Numbered from the stretch's first letter, positions 9,329 to 19,425 are shown. The stretch: 40,880 nt of DNA from Chlamydiota bacterium (GCA_947494155.1 CANLTW010000012.1:1-40880), one strand, 5' to 3'. Program-made: numbers and translations. The notes: generated by a model from the letters alone, not told the origin.

Positions 9329-10690
9329 TCAAACCTTTTTTGAGACAAGATTTGAAGAAGGGACATCAAAGTCTTGTACAAAGAGAACCTGTTTTCTTAA
9401 ACGGTAGATACCTGTGAGGTTCAAAATTAAAAGCCCGGCTCCCGATAAAGACATGAGTAATAGTGCGTATCCACCGCCAAGATAAGAAAAAAAAGGCATC
9501 GCTATCAAACCATAAAGGAGGTAAATCTGTTTGCCGTTTTTGGGAAAAAGGTGGTGGGCCGTTTTGACCCCTACACTAAAATAGGCTACAATATTTGTGA
9601 AGCCCGCAATGAAGAAGAAGATGGGCAAGAGTTTGGTGACAAAAGGGAAGTAGGGTAATAACGCAGCTTGAACCGCAAGAGAAGGCTCTACCAAGGGGGC
9701 TGCTGTCCACACCCCGGTGAGCAAAACTACAATACAGGTCAACGAGCAAAAGAAGTTATCCACATATACACCAAAAATCGCCAGTTTTGCCTGGTTTTCA
9801 GGGTGGCTTACTCTTGATTCTACCTGCATGCTTGAGTCATATCCCATTCCTATGTCCGCAGAGTAGGCAGCTCTTCCCACACCATAACGGATAGTCATCA
9901 AAAGGCTGCTTCCTGCAAATCCCCCCACAGCGGCATGCCCTTTGAAAGCCGAGGCAAAGACCGTCTCAAGAAGTGCAGGAATCTGCTCATAATGGGACAA
10001 AATTACCCAAAAGCACATGAACAGGTAACCAAACATCATAAGCGGATTGATGTACATGCAGTACTTAGTGACCCTATCCACTCCCCCAATCACAACGTAC
10101 AGAATCATGGAGAGAAGAACAAACGCCGCCAACGGTTTTTCGACGCCGTAATTAAAAGAAACGCTCTCGACCATGACAGAAAACTGGAACACCTCTACAC
10201 AGTAAATACAAAGAAAAACCGCTACCGTGATTGGAAAAATGGGGTGCCTAAAAGCCTCCCTGAGCACATGCACCGGCCCCCCCTGAAATCCACTACCGCA
10301 GCTTTTGGGCACGCGGTACTTAAAGCCCAGATAGATTTCCGCATATTTGATTACAGATCCCACTATCCCTGTCACCCAAACCCAGAAAAGGGCTCCAGGA
10401 CCGCCAAACTGGATTGCCGTAACAATCCCCACTACGTTACCAATTCCTATCATCCCCCCCACTGAGGTGAAAAAAAGGCGAATCGGGTGGATCCCTTGTG
10501 AGCTCGACTCGGAAACCGGGTGCCGCAAAAAGTGATAAAATGTTTTTACAATCTGGGCTAGGGAGCGGATTTGAAACGCCCTGGTATGCACGGTAAAGTA
10601 TAATCCAAGGAGCAAGATGAGGAAGAACGCCGCAAACCCCCAAAAGAAGGTGTCTATCTCATTCAATACCCAAAAAAACTTAAGGTCCAT
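9329..10690 (-). CDS. Alanine/glycine:cation symporter (AgcS/DagA/AlsT family)
   Basis: GIGNVVGIVTAIQFGGPGALFWVW, KYAEIYLGFKYR, GGP, YSADIGMG. Confidence 0.92.
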   Translation of the reverse strand: MDLKFFWVLNEIDTFFWGFAAFFLILLLGLYFTVHTRAFQIRSLAQIVKTFYHFLRHPVSESSSQGIHPIRLFFTSVGGMIGIGNVVGIVTAIQFGGPGALFWVWVTGIVGSVIKYAEIYLGFKYRVPKSCGSGFQGGPVHVLREAFRHPIFPITVAVFLCIYCVEVFQFSVMVESVSFNYGVEKPLAAFVLLSMILYVVIGGVDRVTKYCMYINPLMMFGYLFMCFWVILSHYEQIPALLETVFASAFKGHAAVGGFAGSSLLMTIRYGVGRAAYSADIGMGYDSSMQVESRVSHPENQAKLAIFGVYVDNFFCSLTCIVVLLTGVWTAAPLVEPSLAVQAALLPYFPFVTKLLPIFFFIAGFTNIVAYFSVGVKTAHHLFPKNGKQIYLLYGLIAMPFFSYLGGGYALLLMSLSGAGLLILNLTGIYRLRKQVLFVQDFDVPSSNLVSKKV

Positions 10691-10732
10691 TGCGTTTCGC
10701 TGGTAAAAAAATTGAGCCTAATTTTAGAGCTT

Positions 10733-11854
10733 TTAGAAAGAATTTTGCAATCTTGTTGTTATAATTTGCCAATTTTTTTCTGAGACAAAACCCGAGACGC
10801 GGATAAACCCCTCGTAATCAGGTTCAAATGAGGAGAGCGGCATGGTTAAAATTTTGTATTTTTCTAAAAAATCCACCTCAGTTTTTACCAGAAAATAGGG
10901 GCCATCGATTCCTCCAAACACTTCAAACCCCTTCGATCTGAAGAGCTGCTTCATTTCCTGAACCCTTTGCATGGTCAATTGGACCTGATTCAAAAAAAGA
11001 GGTGTATTTTTTAACAGGGTGCAACCCATTTTTTGAGAAAGCCAACTCACCCCGTTAAAGGTGGCATTTAAAAAACTTGTATAGGCTCTTAAAAGGCTCG
11101 ACCCGTCATTAAATTTAACCTCTTTGGGGACAACAGCCCAGCTTAGTCGGATTCCGGAAAACGCCGCCCATTTTGAAAAGGAACCCAGCTCGACAGCGCA
11201 CTCTTTTGCCCCCTCGTCAATAAAAATAGTTTTAGGCTTTTTTGTCTGTATGTAGGGCGAATAGCAAGCATCGTGAACGATGAGCCCCCCGCAGTTTTTG
11301 GCCTTGTTACATAAAGTTCGTATTTGGTCTTCACTCATGGCTATCCCGGTGGGGTTGTTGGGAGAACATAAATAAAACACATTAAAAGGGGCGACAAGAT
11401 CCACATCGGGCTCAAAATGGTTTTTAGGATCTAAGTAGATAGCCCCCGTTTGTGCCCCAATAATCTGACAACCCTCTTTGTAGGTGGGGTAACCAGGGGC
11501 ATAAAATCTTGAAAAAGCAGAGGGCCCAAAAAGGGTTTGAAATCTGAAAAGATCGGTTTTGATCCCATCAGAAATAAAAATTTCCTCATTAGAAAACTGC
11601 CCGTTGTAAAAAACCTGATTGATTAACTCTTTGAGAAGAGCTGTCCCCTCCTCAGGTGGGTAACCTTTATGGCCACCAGGAGTCAAAAAAAGTCTTGCCT
11701 CCTCGATCAATTCCTCAATTACCAGTTCGGGAATCGGTCCCGGATTATCACCAACGGCCAAAGAGACAACGTCGCTCACTCCCCGAGCTTTAAGGATAAT
11801 TTCTTGAAAAATATTGATTTTTTTCAAATCTTTAACGCGGTTGAGTAAAGCCAT
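10733..11854 (-). CDS. dapL: LL-diaminopimelate aminotransferase (start moved to ATG 11854)
   Basis: GYPPEEG, EIFISDGIK, CSPNNPTG, SFSKWAAFSGIRL (PLP lysine); directly follows asd in the dap cluster. Confidence 0.85.
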   Translation of the reverse strand: MALLNRVKDLKKINIFQEIILKARGVSDVVSLAVGDNPGPIPELVIEELIEEARLFLTPGGHKGYPPEEGTALLKELINQVFYNGQFSNEEIFISDGIKTDLFRFQTLFGPSAFSRFYAPGYPTYKEGCQIIGAQTGAIYLDPKNHFEPDVDLVAPFNVFYLCSPNNPTGIAMSEDQIRTLCNKAKNCGGLIVHDACYSPYIQTKKPKTIFIDEGAKECAVELGSFSKWAAFSGIRLSWAVVPKEVKFNDGSSLLRAYTSFLNATFNGVSWLSQKMGCTLLKNTPLFLNQVQLTMQRVQEMKQLFRSKGFEVFGGIDGPYFLVKTEVDFLEKYKILTMPLSSFEPDYEGFIRVSGFVSEKNWQIITTRLQNSF

Positions 11855-12740
11855 ATGCCATTTCTGCCAATTTGATTCCGGTCCCTGCAGCCCCGCGGAT
11901 ACGATTATGCGCCAAAGCGACACACTGCAAGCTGTTTTTTTCCCCTTTTCTGAGACGCCCGATAGAGACGTTCATCCCGTTGCCATTGTCTCTGTCCAAT
12001 CGGGGCTGAGGGCGATCGTTTTGCTCAAGAAGCTGTATCGTAGGCTCCAAAGAGAGCAGTGAATAGACCATCTCCAGGTCAAAAACCTCTTCAAGCTCGA
12101 TATCTAAAACAACCAAATGTCCGTCCATAACCGGCACACGACAACAGGTGATATTTAAGGGGATTTTTTGCTCTAAAATGAGGTTTAACTCCTCTTGAAT
12201 TTTATTCTCTTCTCCCTCGATAAAAGGGATAACATTATCAAAAATATCCATTGCAGAGAGCCCCTGCCTGCCCGCGCCACTTATGGCCTGCATTGTTGTT
12301 ACCGCAACTTTGCGGATTTTTAATGGCAAAAGCTGCTTGAGAGGTAGAGCTATCGGGTGGAGCGTACAGTTGGATTTAGAAAAAATTCCCTTTGTTTGCC
12401 CCACAATCTTACGTCCGTTGATTTCGGGAAATATCAGCCTTTTTTCATCTCTGAATGCAGAGCTACTAGATATTACAAGAAAATCTTGCGCCCAGACCGG
12501 CTCAAACTTTATAGCTCTTTCGGTATCAAGACTTGAAAAGAGGATCTTTACCCCAAGTTCTAGGGCTCTATGCTTATCCTCTAAACCATAAAGAGGGAGA
12601 CCACTAAGAGACCCTTCTAATCGCAGCGAACCAGATCCTAAAAATTTCAGAGAAAAATAGGGGTGGTTATCCAGTAAGTTTCTATAAACTTCTCCAATTG
12701 CACCCGTTGCCCCTAGAATGCCAACGCCAATTTTGTCCAA
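11832..12740 (-). CDS. asd: Aspartate-semialdehyde dehydrogenase
   Basis: GILGATGAIG, SNCT (catalytic Cys), TMQAISGAG, RVPVMDGH, HNRIRGAAG. Confidence 0.93.
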   Translation of the reverse strand: MDKIGVGILGATGAIGEVYRNLLDNHPYFSLKFLGSGSLRLEGSLSGLPLYGLEDKHRALELGVKILFSSLDTERAIKFEPVWAQDFLVISSSSAFRDEKRLIFPEINGRKIVGQTKGIFSKSNCTLHPIALPLKQLLPLKIRKVAVTTMQAISGAGRQGLSAMDIFDNVIPFIEGEENKIQEELNLILEQKIPLNITCCRVPVMDGHLVVLDIELEEVFDLEMVYSLLSLEPTIQLLEQNDRPQPRLDRDNGNGMNVSIGRLRKGEKNSLQCVALAHNRIRGAAGTGIKLAEMAYGFTQPR

Positions 12741-13537
12741 GCTTCCTCTAAGATTTTCTCTATTGTTTCTTTATCCCCTTCTTCAAGAGCACCCAGCTCC
12801 TCTTTCACCCTACAAAACTGAAAAAGATGATTTCTTTTTAGTATATACTGCATCGGCAAAGGGTTCACACGGACAAACAGTTTTATCAAAAGCTGCAAGG
12901 TCTCTTCTGCTGAAGAGTCCAAGCAAAGGGCTTTTTTTACCGTCTCGACAAACACATTCGATAAGACCGAAATCGCTCCGATCGCCCCCTGCTTTTTGTA
13001 GGAAAAAATTTTGTCATCATCCCCACAAAAAACGGGTATATTGATCCCGTTCAAAGAGCTTTTACCCATAGACTCTTTTACCCCAAGGAGGTTTTTATGC
13101 CCTTTAACTGCATCATAGACACAATTTTCTATAGCAACACCCACCCGAGAGGGGTTATTATAAAGAATTACAGGACAAAAAGATTGATCCAAAATTTTCT
13201 TGAAAAAACCGATTATCGCCTCTTGAGAAGGGCGTATGAAAAAAGGGGGTGTAACGAGAATAAACTGGGTTTCATGCTTTGCCGCAATTTCGATATTTTT
13301 CCAAACCCGATCCAAAGAGAGATCGCTCACGCAAAGACCTCGAGCAAAGGGATAGTCTTGGGATGCCTGCAATAACAATGATTTCTCTTGATCTGAAAGC
13401 AAAGAGCCTTGTCCGGTTGTGCCGGCTATAATCACCCCATCAGCTCCCCGTTTCTGGTGTTGCAAAAGTCGGTGAAAAGATTTAATGTCTAGAGAATAGT
13501 CCTCATGTAAGGGAGTCGCAAGCGCTGTAATTAGCAT
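12713..13537 (-). CDS. dapA: 4-hydroxy-tetrahydrodipicolinate synthase
   Basis: TALATP, GTTGQ, ILYNNPSR, GVKES, GDD. Confidence 0.9.
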   Translation of the reverse strand: MLITALATPLHEDYSLDIKSFHRLLQHQKRGADGVIIAGTTGQGSLLSDQEKSLLLQASQDYPFARGLCVSDLSLDRVWKNIEIAAKHETQFILVTPPFFIRPSQEAIIGFFKKILDQSFCPVILYNNPSRVGVAIENCVYDAVKGHKNLLGVKESMGKSSLNGINIPVFCGDDDKIFSYKKQGAIGAISVLSNVFVETVKKALCLDSSAEETLQLLIKLFVRVNPLPMQYILKRNHLFQFCRVKEELGALEEGDKETIEKILEEAWTKLALAF

Positions 13538-13656
13538 AACAGACCTCTTTTAAAATGTAAGATTGCCCCTTTATTTGACTTCTTTTCAACCTAATTTTTC
13601 TCTTTTTTTCTCAAAAAAACAGGATCGTAGAATGGATTCTACTAAACAAAAAATCC

Positions 13657-14283
13657 TCAGGTTTTTTTGGGAACTTTTTCTAGAAATTCTGTTAAATGAT
13701 AACACCCTTTTTGCTGTCCAATCAGCGGAATGATCTCTAAAATCCCTTTAGCAAAAATGCCCCGATCGAGCGCTTTGTGCTCTAAAACAAGCCTCTCATA
13801 GCTATTTTCAAAGACGACTCTATGTAGGCCGATCTCCTCCCCCTCACGCTCTGAGATGATGTTCACGTCTTGAAGTTTGTCTGCAATTTGTAAAGCGGTT
13901 CCAGAGGGGGCGTCTTTTTTTTGTGTATGGTGCCTCTCCAAAATCGAAACTTTTAGCCCTTGGGACTGAAACTGGGGTGCAAGTAGTATCATTTTTTGTA
14001 CAAGACTTGAAAAATTAGGTGAGTAGAGGCAAAACCCGTTTTTTTCGTGGACAAGTTGCTTAACTTCATCCAGCTGATCGTACCACCCGGTCGTTGCAAT
14101 TACAATAGGGCGACCTAAATCGGTTGCAATCTTTACATGGTCTAAAACTGCCTCTTTAGACGTAGCATCAATCAAGATTTCAGCTTTTTGCAATTCGACA
14201 ATTTCACAGGAAAACTCTTCAGCTAACCGATAGATCTCACGACCTAATTTACCAATCCCAAATAGACCTAATTTGTAATGCAT
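13657..14283 (-). CDS. dapB: 4-hydroxy-tetrahydrodipicolinate reductase
   Basis: GIGKLG, ATTGW, SPNFS, ERHHTQKKDAPSGTA, HKALDRGIFAKG. Confidence 0.92.
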   Translation of the reverse strand: MHYKLGLFGIGKLGREIYRLAEEFSCEIVELQKAEILIDATSKEAVLDHVKIATDLGRPIVIATTGWYDQLDEVKQLVHEKNGFCLYSPNFSSLVQKMILLAPQFQSQGLKVSILERHHTQKKDAPSGTALQIADKLQDVNIISEREGEEIGLHRVVFENSYERLVLEHKALDRGIFAKGILEIIPLIGQQKGCYHLTEFLEKVPKKT

Positions 14284-14356
14284 ATGGAGTATAGATTACG
14301 TCCCGATACTGCAAAAACACAAGGATAAATTTTCTCTTTTCAGCTAAACTTGAACC

Positions 14357-14872
14357 ATGATGCAAACCTTTTCCACGGTTCTTAATAAAATAGAGCCGCT
14401 CCTTTATCTCCCCGAGCCAATCCTTGGTGCTTTCCATTCAGCACAAAAATCGGTTCCCATTTCCAATCAGCAAGCAGAAAAAGTTCTCCTTTTCTTGCCC
14501 CTGTTGAATTTTCCACTACTAAGCCTTGACTCCCCTTTGATCATTTTGCTGTTTTATTTTTTCCAGCTTTTACTCAGCACAAAAAAAACGCACGTCTATT
14601 TTTTTATAGAACCGGCCTTTTTACTGAGTTTTGGGTTTTTCTATCCGAGCCTAGCCCCGTTTGCTTTTTTATTTCTTTTAACGGGTTGGATTTTTATGCA
14701 TATGAGTTTTGCTGTTGTCTACCACCATCCGGTCAATAGGTTTTTTTGGATCGCAGCAATCCTTTTCTTTCCCAACTCTATCACCCTTTTAGCGCCCGTC
14801 TTATGCTCAATAGGCCTCGCTATCGGAATCCACAAAAGGTTTTTTGTGTGGGGGGAAAACCAGTCTGAATAG
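14357..14872 (+). CDS. Hypothetical integral membrane protein
   Basis: 171 aa, mostly hydrophobic; fills the gap divergent from dapB. Confidence 0.6.
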   Translation: MMQTFSTVLNKIEPLLYLPEPILGAFHSAQKSVPISNQQAEKVLLFLPLLNFPLLSLDSPLIILLFYFFQLLLSTKKTHVYFFIEPAFLLSFGFFYPSLAPFAFLFLLTGWIFMHMSFAVVYHHPVNRFFWIAAILFFPNSITLLAPVLCSIGLAIGIHKRFFVWGENQSE

Positions 14873-15964
14873 GACTAATCGGTGATATTGTTGGACTAAA
14901 ACATGGAGAATACCCTCCTCTGAGGGGCAAAAATCGATGATTATTCCCTGCTTAGGGGAAAAAAGCCTAAACGTTTTGTGATCTAAAATTGCCTCAAAAT
15001 AAAGGGTATTTTGGTGTAATCCAATCAAAAACTCCTGAATGCGGATCATTTTTTCAAAGGAGAACTCTTTTTTGAACCCATGGAGTCTAGAGCAGGCATG
15101 ATCATAAAAAAAAAGTTGCGGCCCCTGCTCAGTGTCGACGGTAAAGAGGGTCTCCAGAAAATTTGTGCTTACCGATTTAAACTGGGTAAGTGGAGACAAA
15201 AAATTTCTACAGGGTTTTTCTAAATTAACGAAACGTCCTAATCCATCCAGTGTGAAACTACAGACACATCCATCTTTGAAAAAAAGGGTAAACTTGGAGT
15301 TAATGTGCAAAATAGCCCTTGCAGGCCTTTCTATCTTGAAAGAGCTTATAAATTCTAGATTTGCAGAATCTATCACCTGCAGCGACAAATTCGATGACAG
15401 GGCAAAAAGAAAAGGTATTTCTAAGCCTATTACGGGCAAAAGCTCCTGGTTTTCACCTAAAAACCTCTCTTGAATTTTACCACGCCTAACCACATATTTT
15501 TCCAAAACCCCATTTTCAGTAAAGACAAGGATGCTACCCTCATGAAAAGAGACGATTTGCGTAATAGAATTCTCTAAAGGGAATGTAGCCTCCCAAACCG
15601 GGGGGCTTAAGATGACCATCTCTTTGACTTGGGGAAGAAACGGGCTCTCAATAGAGACTATACAAGTTTTTTCCGTTTGCAACGAGGCCGTGACCTTTCC
15701 TAGTTTAGCATATGCCTCTTCGACGAGTGTGGTATGCCACTGTACAGATCTTTTACAAAGCTCTTTAGTGTGGGAAAAGGCTGTCTTAACCCCGCCAAAG
15801 GAACGGTTAAGCCGATCTAAAGCGGTCTGGTTAGCTAAAACGCGTATTTCATGTGACACTTGAGCAAGTTTATCCAAAGACTTCGGACTACAACGCCCCA
15901 CCATGGTGGATCCTAGATCCTCAGGAATAGAGCTAAAATACGGGCCTAAATTAACTCCAGACAT
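14807..15964 (-). CDS. Hypothetical protein (helical N-terminus, beta-rich C-terminus)
   Basis: 385 aa ORF whose start overlaps the end of rlmD; no family recognised. Confidence 0.7.
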   Translation of the reverse strand: MSGVNLGPYFSSIPEDLGSTMVGRCSPKSLDKLAQVSHEIRVLANQTALDRLNRSFGGVKTAFSHTKELCKRSVQWHTTLVEEAYAKLGKVTASLQTEKTCIVSIESPFLPQVKEMVILSPPVWEATFPLENSITQIVSFHEGSILVFTENGVLEKYVVRRGKIQERFLGENQELLPVIGLEIPFLFALSSNLSLQVIDSANLEFISSFKIERPARAILHINSKFTLFFKDGCVCSFTLDGLGRFVNLEKPCRNFLSPLTQFKSVSTNFLETLFTVDTEQGPQLFFYDHACSRLHGFKKEFSFEKMIRIQEFLIGLHQNTLYFEAILDHKTFRLFSPKQGIIIDFCPSEEGILHVLVQQYHRLVLFRLVFPPHKKPFVDSDSEAY

Positions 15965-17214
15965 CCGACACTCTCCACGTGAACAGTTTGTGGGAATAGG
16001 TCAAACGGTTGAACAGATTTTAACGCGTAACTACTCCTTAAAAATTTACAATCCCTAGCAAATGTGGAGGGATCGCAGGAGACATATACGATTTTTTTCA
16101 CCCTTTGTTCTAATAAAACCTCCAAAAGAGCCTTTTCGCACCCTTTGCGGGGGGGATTTAAAATCACCTTATCAAATTTTTCGAGCTGGCTAATCTTAGA
16201 TTCTGCCTTTGAAAGATAGAAAGAGGCATTTTGTATCCCATTAAGTTCTTGATTCTTTTGAGCGCTCTCAATCGAACTAGGAACACACTCTATACCGGTA
16301 GCCTCCTTACATCGTTGAGCGGCTAAAAGCGTCATTGTCCCTACACCGCAATAGGCATCTAATACACGGTCTTTAAGGGTCAAATCTAATGAATCGATAA
16401 CATATTGGTAGAGGTGGGATACTTGAAAGGGGTTTACCTGATAAAATGCATCCTTATAGATCGCAAATTTTAATCCCAAAAGCTCATCTTCAATTGCCTC
16501 TTTTCCTGCTAATAAAATAAATTCTCTTCCAAAAACAAAGTTAGCGTCTTTTGAGCGCTGGGTGAAATAGATCCCGGCAACCTGTTGTTCTTTATCGAGT
16601 ACTTTTTGGGCAAAAGTTTTGAGTTTTGAATCTATGGGGCCAAAACTACATAAGATAATTAATACAGAACCATTTGAGGAGGCTGTCTTCATGACAAGAG
16701 TATCTACCTCAAAAGGGATTCCCATACTCTCGATCCTCTCCAAAAGAATTTGAGAGCTTTCAAGGTGCAAGTAGCAGCGGTCGACAGGGACAAAATCATG
16801 ACTTTTTGCCCCATAAAACCCAAGCTTCCCCCTCCTAACGGGCATTTGGATTTTATTTCGATAGTGTAAAGGGGGAGAGGCGATTACGTTGTGCACCAAG
16901 GGGTTTTCAAACCCGCCCAGACGCTCAAGAGCATCCTTAACCCTTTTATGCTTCATTTTAAGCTGCCCTTCATAGGACAAATGCTGGAGCTGGCACCCGC
17001 CGCACCGGGTAAAATGGGGGCAAACGGGCGAAACACGGTCAAGCGATGTTTCCAAAATAGACTCCAGGCTGGCCTCAATAATCGAGGAGCCCTCCCGTGT
17101 GGGGCAAACTTTGACTTTCTCGGTAACTAGCGCCCCCTCTACAAAGAGGACCTTTCCCCCCCTGCGGGCAACTCCAAGTCCTTTTGAGCTGATATCATGA
17201 ATCACGACTTCCAT
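15946..17214 (-). CDS. rlmD: 23S rRNA m5U methyltransferase RlmD/RumA family
   Basis: TRAM-like N-terminus, CPHFTRCGGCQ Fe-S motif, AFYQVN, DAYCGVG, NPPRKG, YVSCDP, DLFPQTVHVE. Confidence 0.93.
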   Translation of the reverse strand: MEVVIHDISSKGLGVARRGGKVLFVEGALVTEKVKVCPTREGSSIIEASLESILETSLDRVSPVCPHFTRCGGCQLQHLSYEGQLKMKHKRVKDALERLGGFENPLVHNVIASPPLHYRNKIQMPVRRGKLGFYGAKSHDFVPVDRCYLHLESSQILLERIESMGIPFEVDTLVMKTASSNGSVLIILCSFGPIDSKLKTFAQKVLDKEQQVAGIYFTQRSKDANFVFGREFILLAGKEAIEDELLGLKFAIYKDAFYQVNPFQVSHLYQYVIDSLDLTLKDRVLDAYCGVGTMTLLAAQRCKEATGIECVPSSIESAQKNQELNGIQNASFYLSKAESKISQLEKFDKVILNPPRKGCEKALLEVLLEQRVKKIVYVSCDPSTFARDCKFLRSSYALKSVQPFDLFPQTVHVESVGCLELI

Positions 17215-17456
17215 AGACTCACTATTCTATAATAAGATTCCCTTAAGGTCTAACAAAGATTAAGAAAAAAATTTCTTAAAATTACCTCTAGACGAATCGA
17301 TTGTCTATGCTGTAACATCCTGAAAAAGTACCATTTAAAAAAAACCGGCTTCCTTTGTTTAGGGGGAACCCTAAAAAATTTGTAAAAAAAAATGGGATTC
17401 TTAAGTGGTAAAAAATAGGCCTCCCATTTTAACTTGTAGATATTAAAATTATTATT

Positions 17457-18032
17457 ATGAGATTTGCCCCTTTTTTTTTGTTTCTTCCCCTTTTAGCGGA
17501 GATGAATTTTGATTATCGGTCAGAAAATCCCAAATTCTTGCGCTCGGTCTATCCTGCAATAAAAGCGGCCGAGATGCCCTATGAAAAAAAAATTTACACT
17601 AAAGATATCATCTTATTTACCCATATCGCTACAGGCTTTCAATACGAAACCTCTACAAAATCGAATCTAGTAGATATATCGATGAATTTAGGCATGAGCA
17701 AAAAGCCTTTAGGTGTCAAGGAATCGATCTTTTGCTTTTCATTTCCCAAGGTTATGATGTATAAAAAAATTGTAGGTAATGAGAAACAACCCACAACATT
17801 TTTTGGGGCGGGTCTTAGTTATGATGGGATTATCAACCATTTTTCCAACGAGAATGCAAGAGCCGTACAGGCGGGTTTTTCCATGGGCGTGGAGATAGAA
17901 TCTAAAAGCAAAATTAAACATCTTCTGCAGCTAGATCTCTCAAAATCCATAAAAGACTCCTCTTTTGCCCCTCAATTAGAATCCTCTCTACCTAAAGCTG
18001 GATTGGAGCTAAGTTATGGAGCTAATTTTTAA
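17457..18032 (+). CDS. Hypothetical exported protein, possible OM beta-barrel
   Basis: Short signal-like N-terminus, alternating beta-strand pattern, ends ...LELSYGANF. Confidence 0.6.
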   Translation: MRFAPFFLFLPLLAEMNFDYRSENPKFLRSVYPAIKAAEMPYEKKIYTKDIILFTHIATGFQYETSTKSNLVDISMNLGMSKKPLGVKESIFCFSFPKVMMYKKIVGNEKQPTTFFGAGLSYDGIINHFSNENARAVQAGFSMGVEIESKSKIKHLLQLDLSKSIKDSSFAPQLESSLPKAGLELSYGANF

Positions 18033-18725
18033 ATGAAGGTTTTTTTAGGCTGGTGCTGTTTTTTATCTCTTGGGGCTCTCACAATGAGTGTTGAACCCTA
18101 TTTTGAGGACACCAATCTTATTCTCGAAGAGGATATTCTCGGATTCAACGGCCAACCTTATGGATTACAATTAAGCGTATTTGAAAAAAGTCTGTTACAA
18201 CCCTATTTTAATGCAATCATAGATGTATCGAGAGGAAAACTCTTTCATTACGGCGTACCAAAAGCTATTTTTACGCAGACGATCCTGGAAGGGCAAGCTG
18301 GGTACTCCATCCCGATGAACCGCCAAGATATTTTCCGATTTACCCCTTTTTCGGGGTTGGGAGTCTACTATCAGAGACTGCAAGGCTGGGATAAAACGGC
18401 TAGTTTTTATATCCCTTTAGGACTTTGCATAGACTACCATTTAGGATCCTATTTCACAGTAAGCTCAGTAGCAACCCTCCTTCCACAAATACAAACTTTT
18501 AGACAAACCCAGGACTCTTTTTTTCAAAAAATCCCCTCGTCTATCGGTTTCAGATGGGAAATTCCCCTTCTCCTTTCCCTAGATCCCTATAATTATGTTG
18601 CCCTAAGTGTCACACCATTTTATCAATATATCCCTTTTGGAGCGCCCCCGTTTAGTGCACTTTTAGCAACAAAAACCGAGTTACAACAAATTGGTCTAAG
18701 AGCAGGTTTTGATGCACAATTCTGA
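18033..18725 (+). CDS. Hypothetical exported protein, possible OM beta-barrel
   Basis: Signal-like N-terminus, GYS/FTPFSGLGVYY strands, ends ...IGLRAGFDAQF; start abuts the previous stop (TAAATG). Confidence 0.65.
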   Translation: MKVFLGWCCFLSLGALTMSVEPYFEDTNLILEEDILGFNGQPYGLQLSVFEKSLLQPYFNAIIDVSRGKLFHYGVPKAIFTQTILEGQAGYSIPMNRQDIFRFTPFSGLGVYYQRLQGWDKTASFYIPLGLCIDYHLGSYFTVSSVATLLPQIQTFRQTQDSFFQKIPSSIGFRWEIPLLLSLDPYNYVALSVTPFYQYIPFGAPPFSALLATKTELQQIGLRAGFDAQF

Positions 18726-19425
18726 AAAAGAGCTCGCGTACTTGTTTCAAGAAGGGATACTTGTAGGAGAAAATGAAGATTTAAAACAGTTTCAAAAAAG
18801 GGTTTTTAGGCTTCAACAACTATCGAAAATTTCGTTCAAAAACCCCCTTTTCGGTATAAATAGCGCGTATGCAATTGTAGAGGAAAAAAAGCCCTTATTA
18901 CCCTGGTTTGCTGCTGTGACAAAGTTTATTCATGAAGAGACAATTGTGATTCCCAAAATTGAGATTAGTGCATTTGCCCCTAAGGAGACGTTGGATCATG
19001 AGCTCATACATGCTGTAAAAGCACCCCACAACGATTCCATTTTTGAAGAATTTTTAGCTTTCGAGCTCTCAGGGGGATTGCGAAGACTATTGGGCCCCCT
19101 GTTTTTCGATCCTTGGGAAGCAAACATTCTGGCCATCACTCTTTTGCTAGGATTTTTCAGCCCTCTTCTTTATATAGCTGGTTGCCTATTGCTGGTCTTT
19201 TTTTTGTGTCGCCTATTCTGGACCAGGTCGATATATAAAAAGGGACTTATAGAGATATCGAACCTATTTGATTGTACAAACCCCCTCCCCTTTGCCCTAT
19301 TGATCACCGAAAAGGAGTGGAAACTTCTTGCAAAAAAGCAAGGTAAAGAGATGTTAGCTGAGCTTCTAGAGAAAGATCCTTTACGCTACAAGCAACTTCA
19401 CGCACTTACTTTGCACCACTTTTAG
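18712..19425 (+). CDS. Hypothetical membrane protein with HExxH zinc-binding motif
   Basis: DHELIHA plus downstream FEEFLA, followed by a TM hairpin; start overlaps the upstream gene. Confidence 0.7.
   Translation: MHNSEKELAYLFQEGILVGENEDLKQFQKRVFRLQQLSKISFKNPLFGINSAYAIVEEKKPLLPWFAAVTKFIHEETIVIPKIEISAFAPKETLDHELIHAVKAPHNDSIFEEFLAFELSGGLRRLLGPLFFDPWEANILAITLLLGFFSPLLYIAGCLLLVFFLCRLFWTRSIYKKGLIEISNLFDCTNPLPFALLITEKEWKLLAKKQGKEMLAELLEKDPLRYKQLHALTLHHF

Noticed and set aside
9935..10465. 176-aa plus-strand ORF and other short nested ORFs inside assigned genes
   Set aside because: Fully overlapped by well-supported genes; no recognisable motifs
11855..11923. Longer dapL start
   Set aside because: Lies deep inside asd; ATG 11854 gives a typical N-terminus and a short overlap
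13538..13656. Lysine riboswitch between dapB and dapA
   Set aside because: Too short and AT-rich, with no L-box core; looks like a plain promoter region
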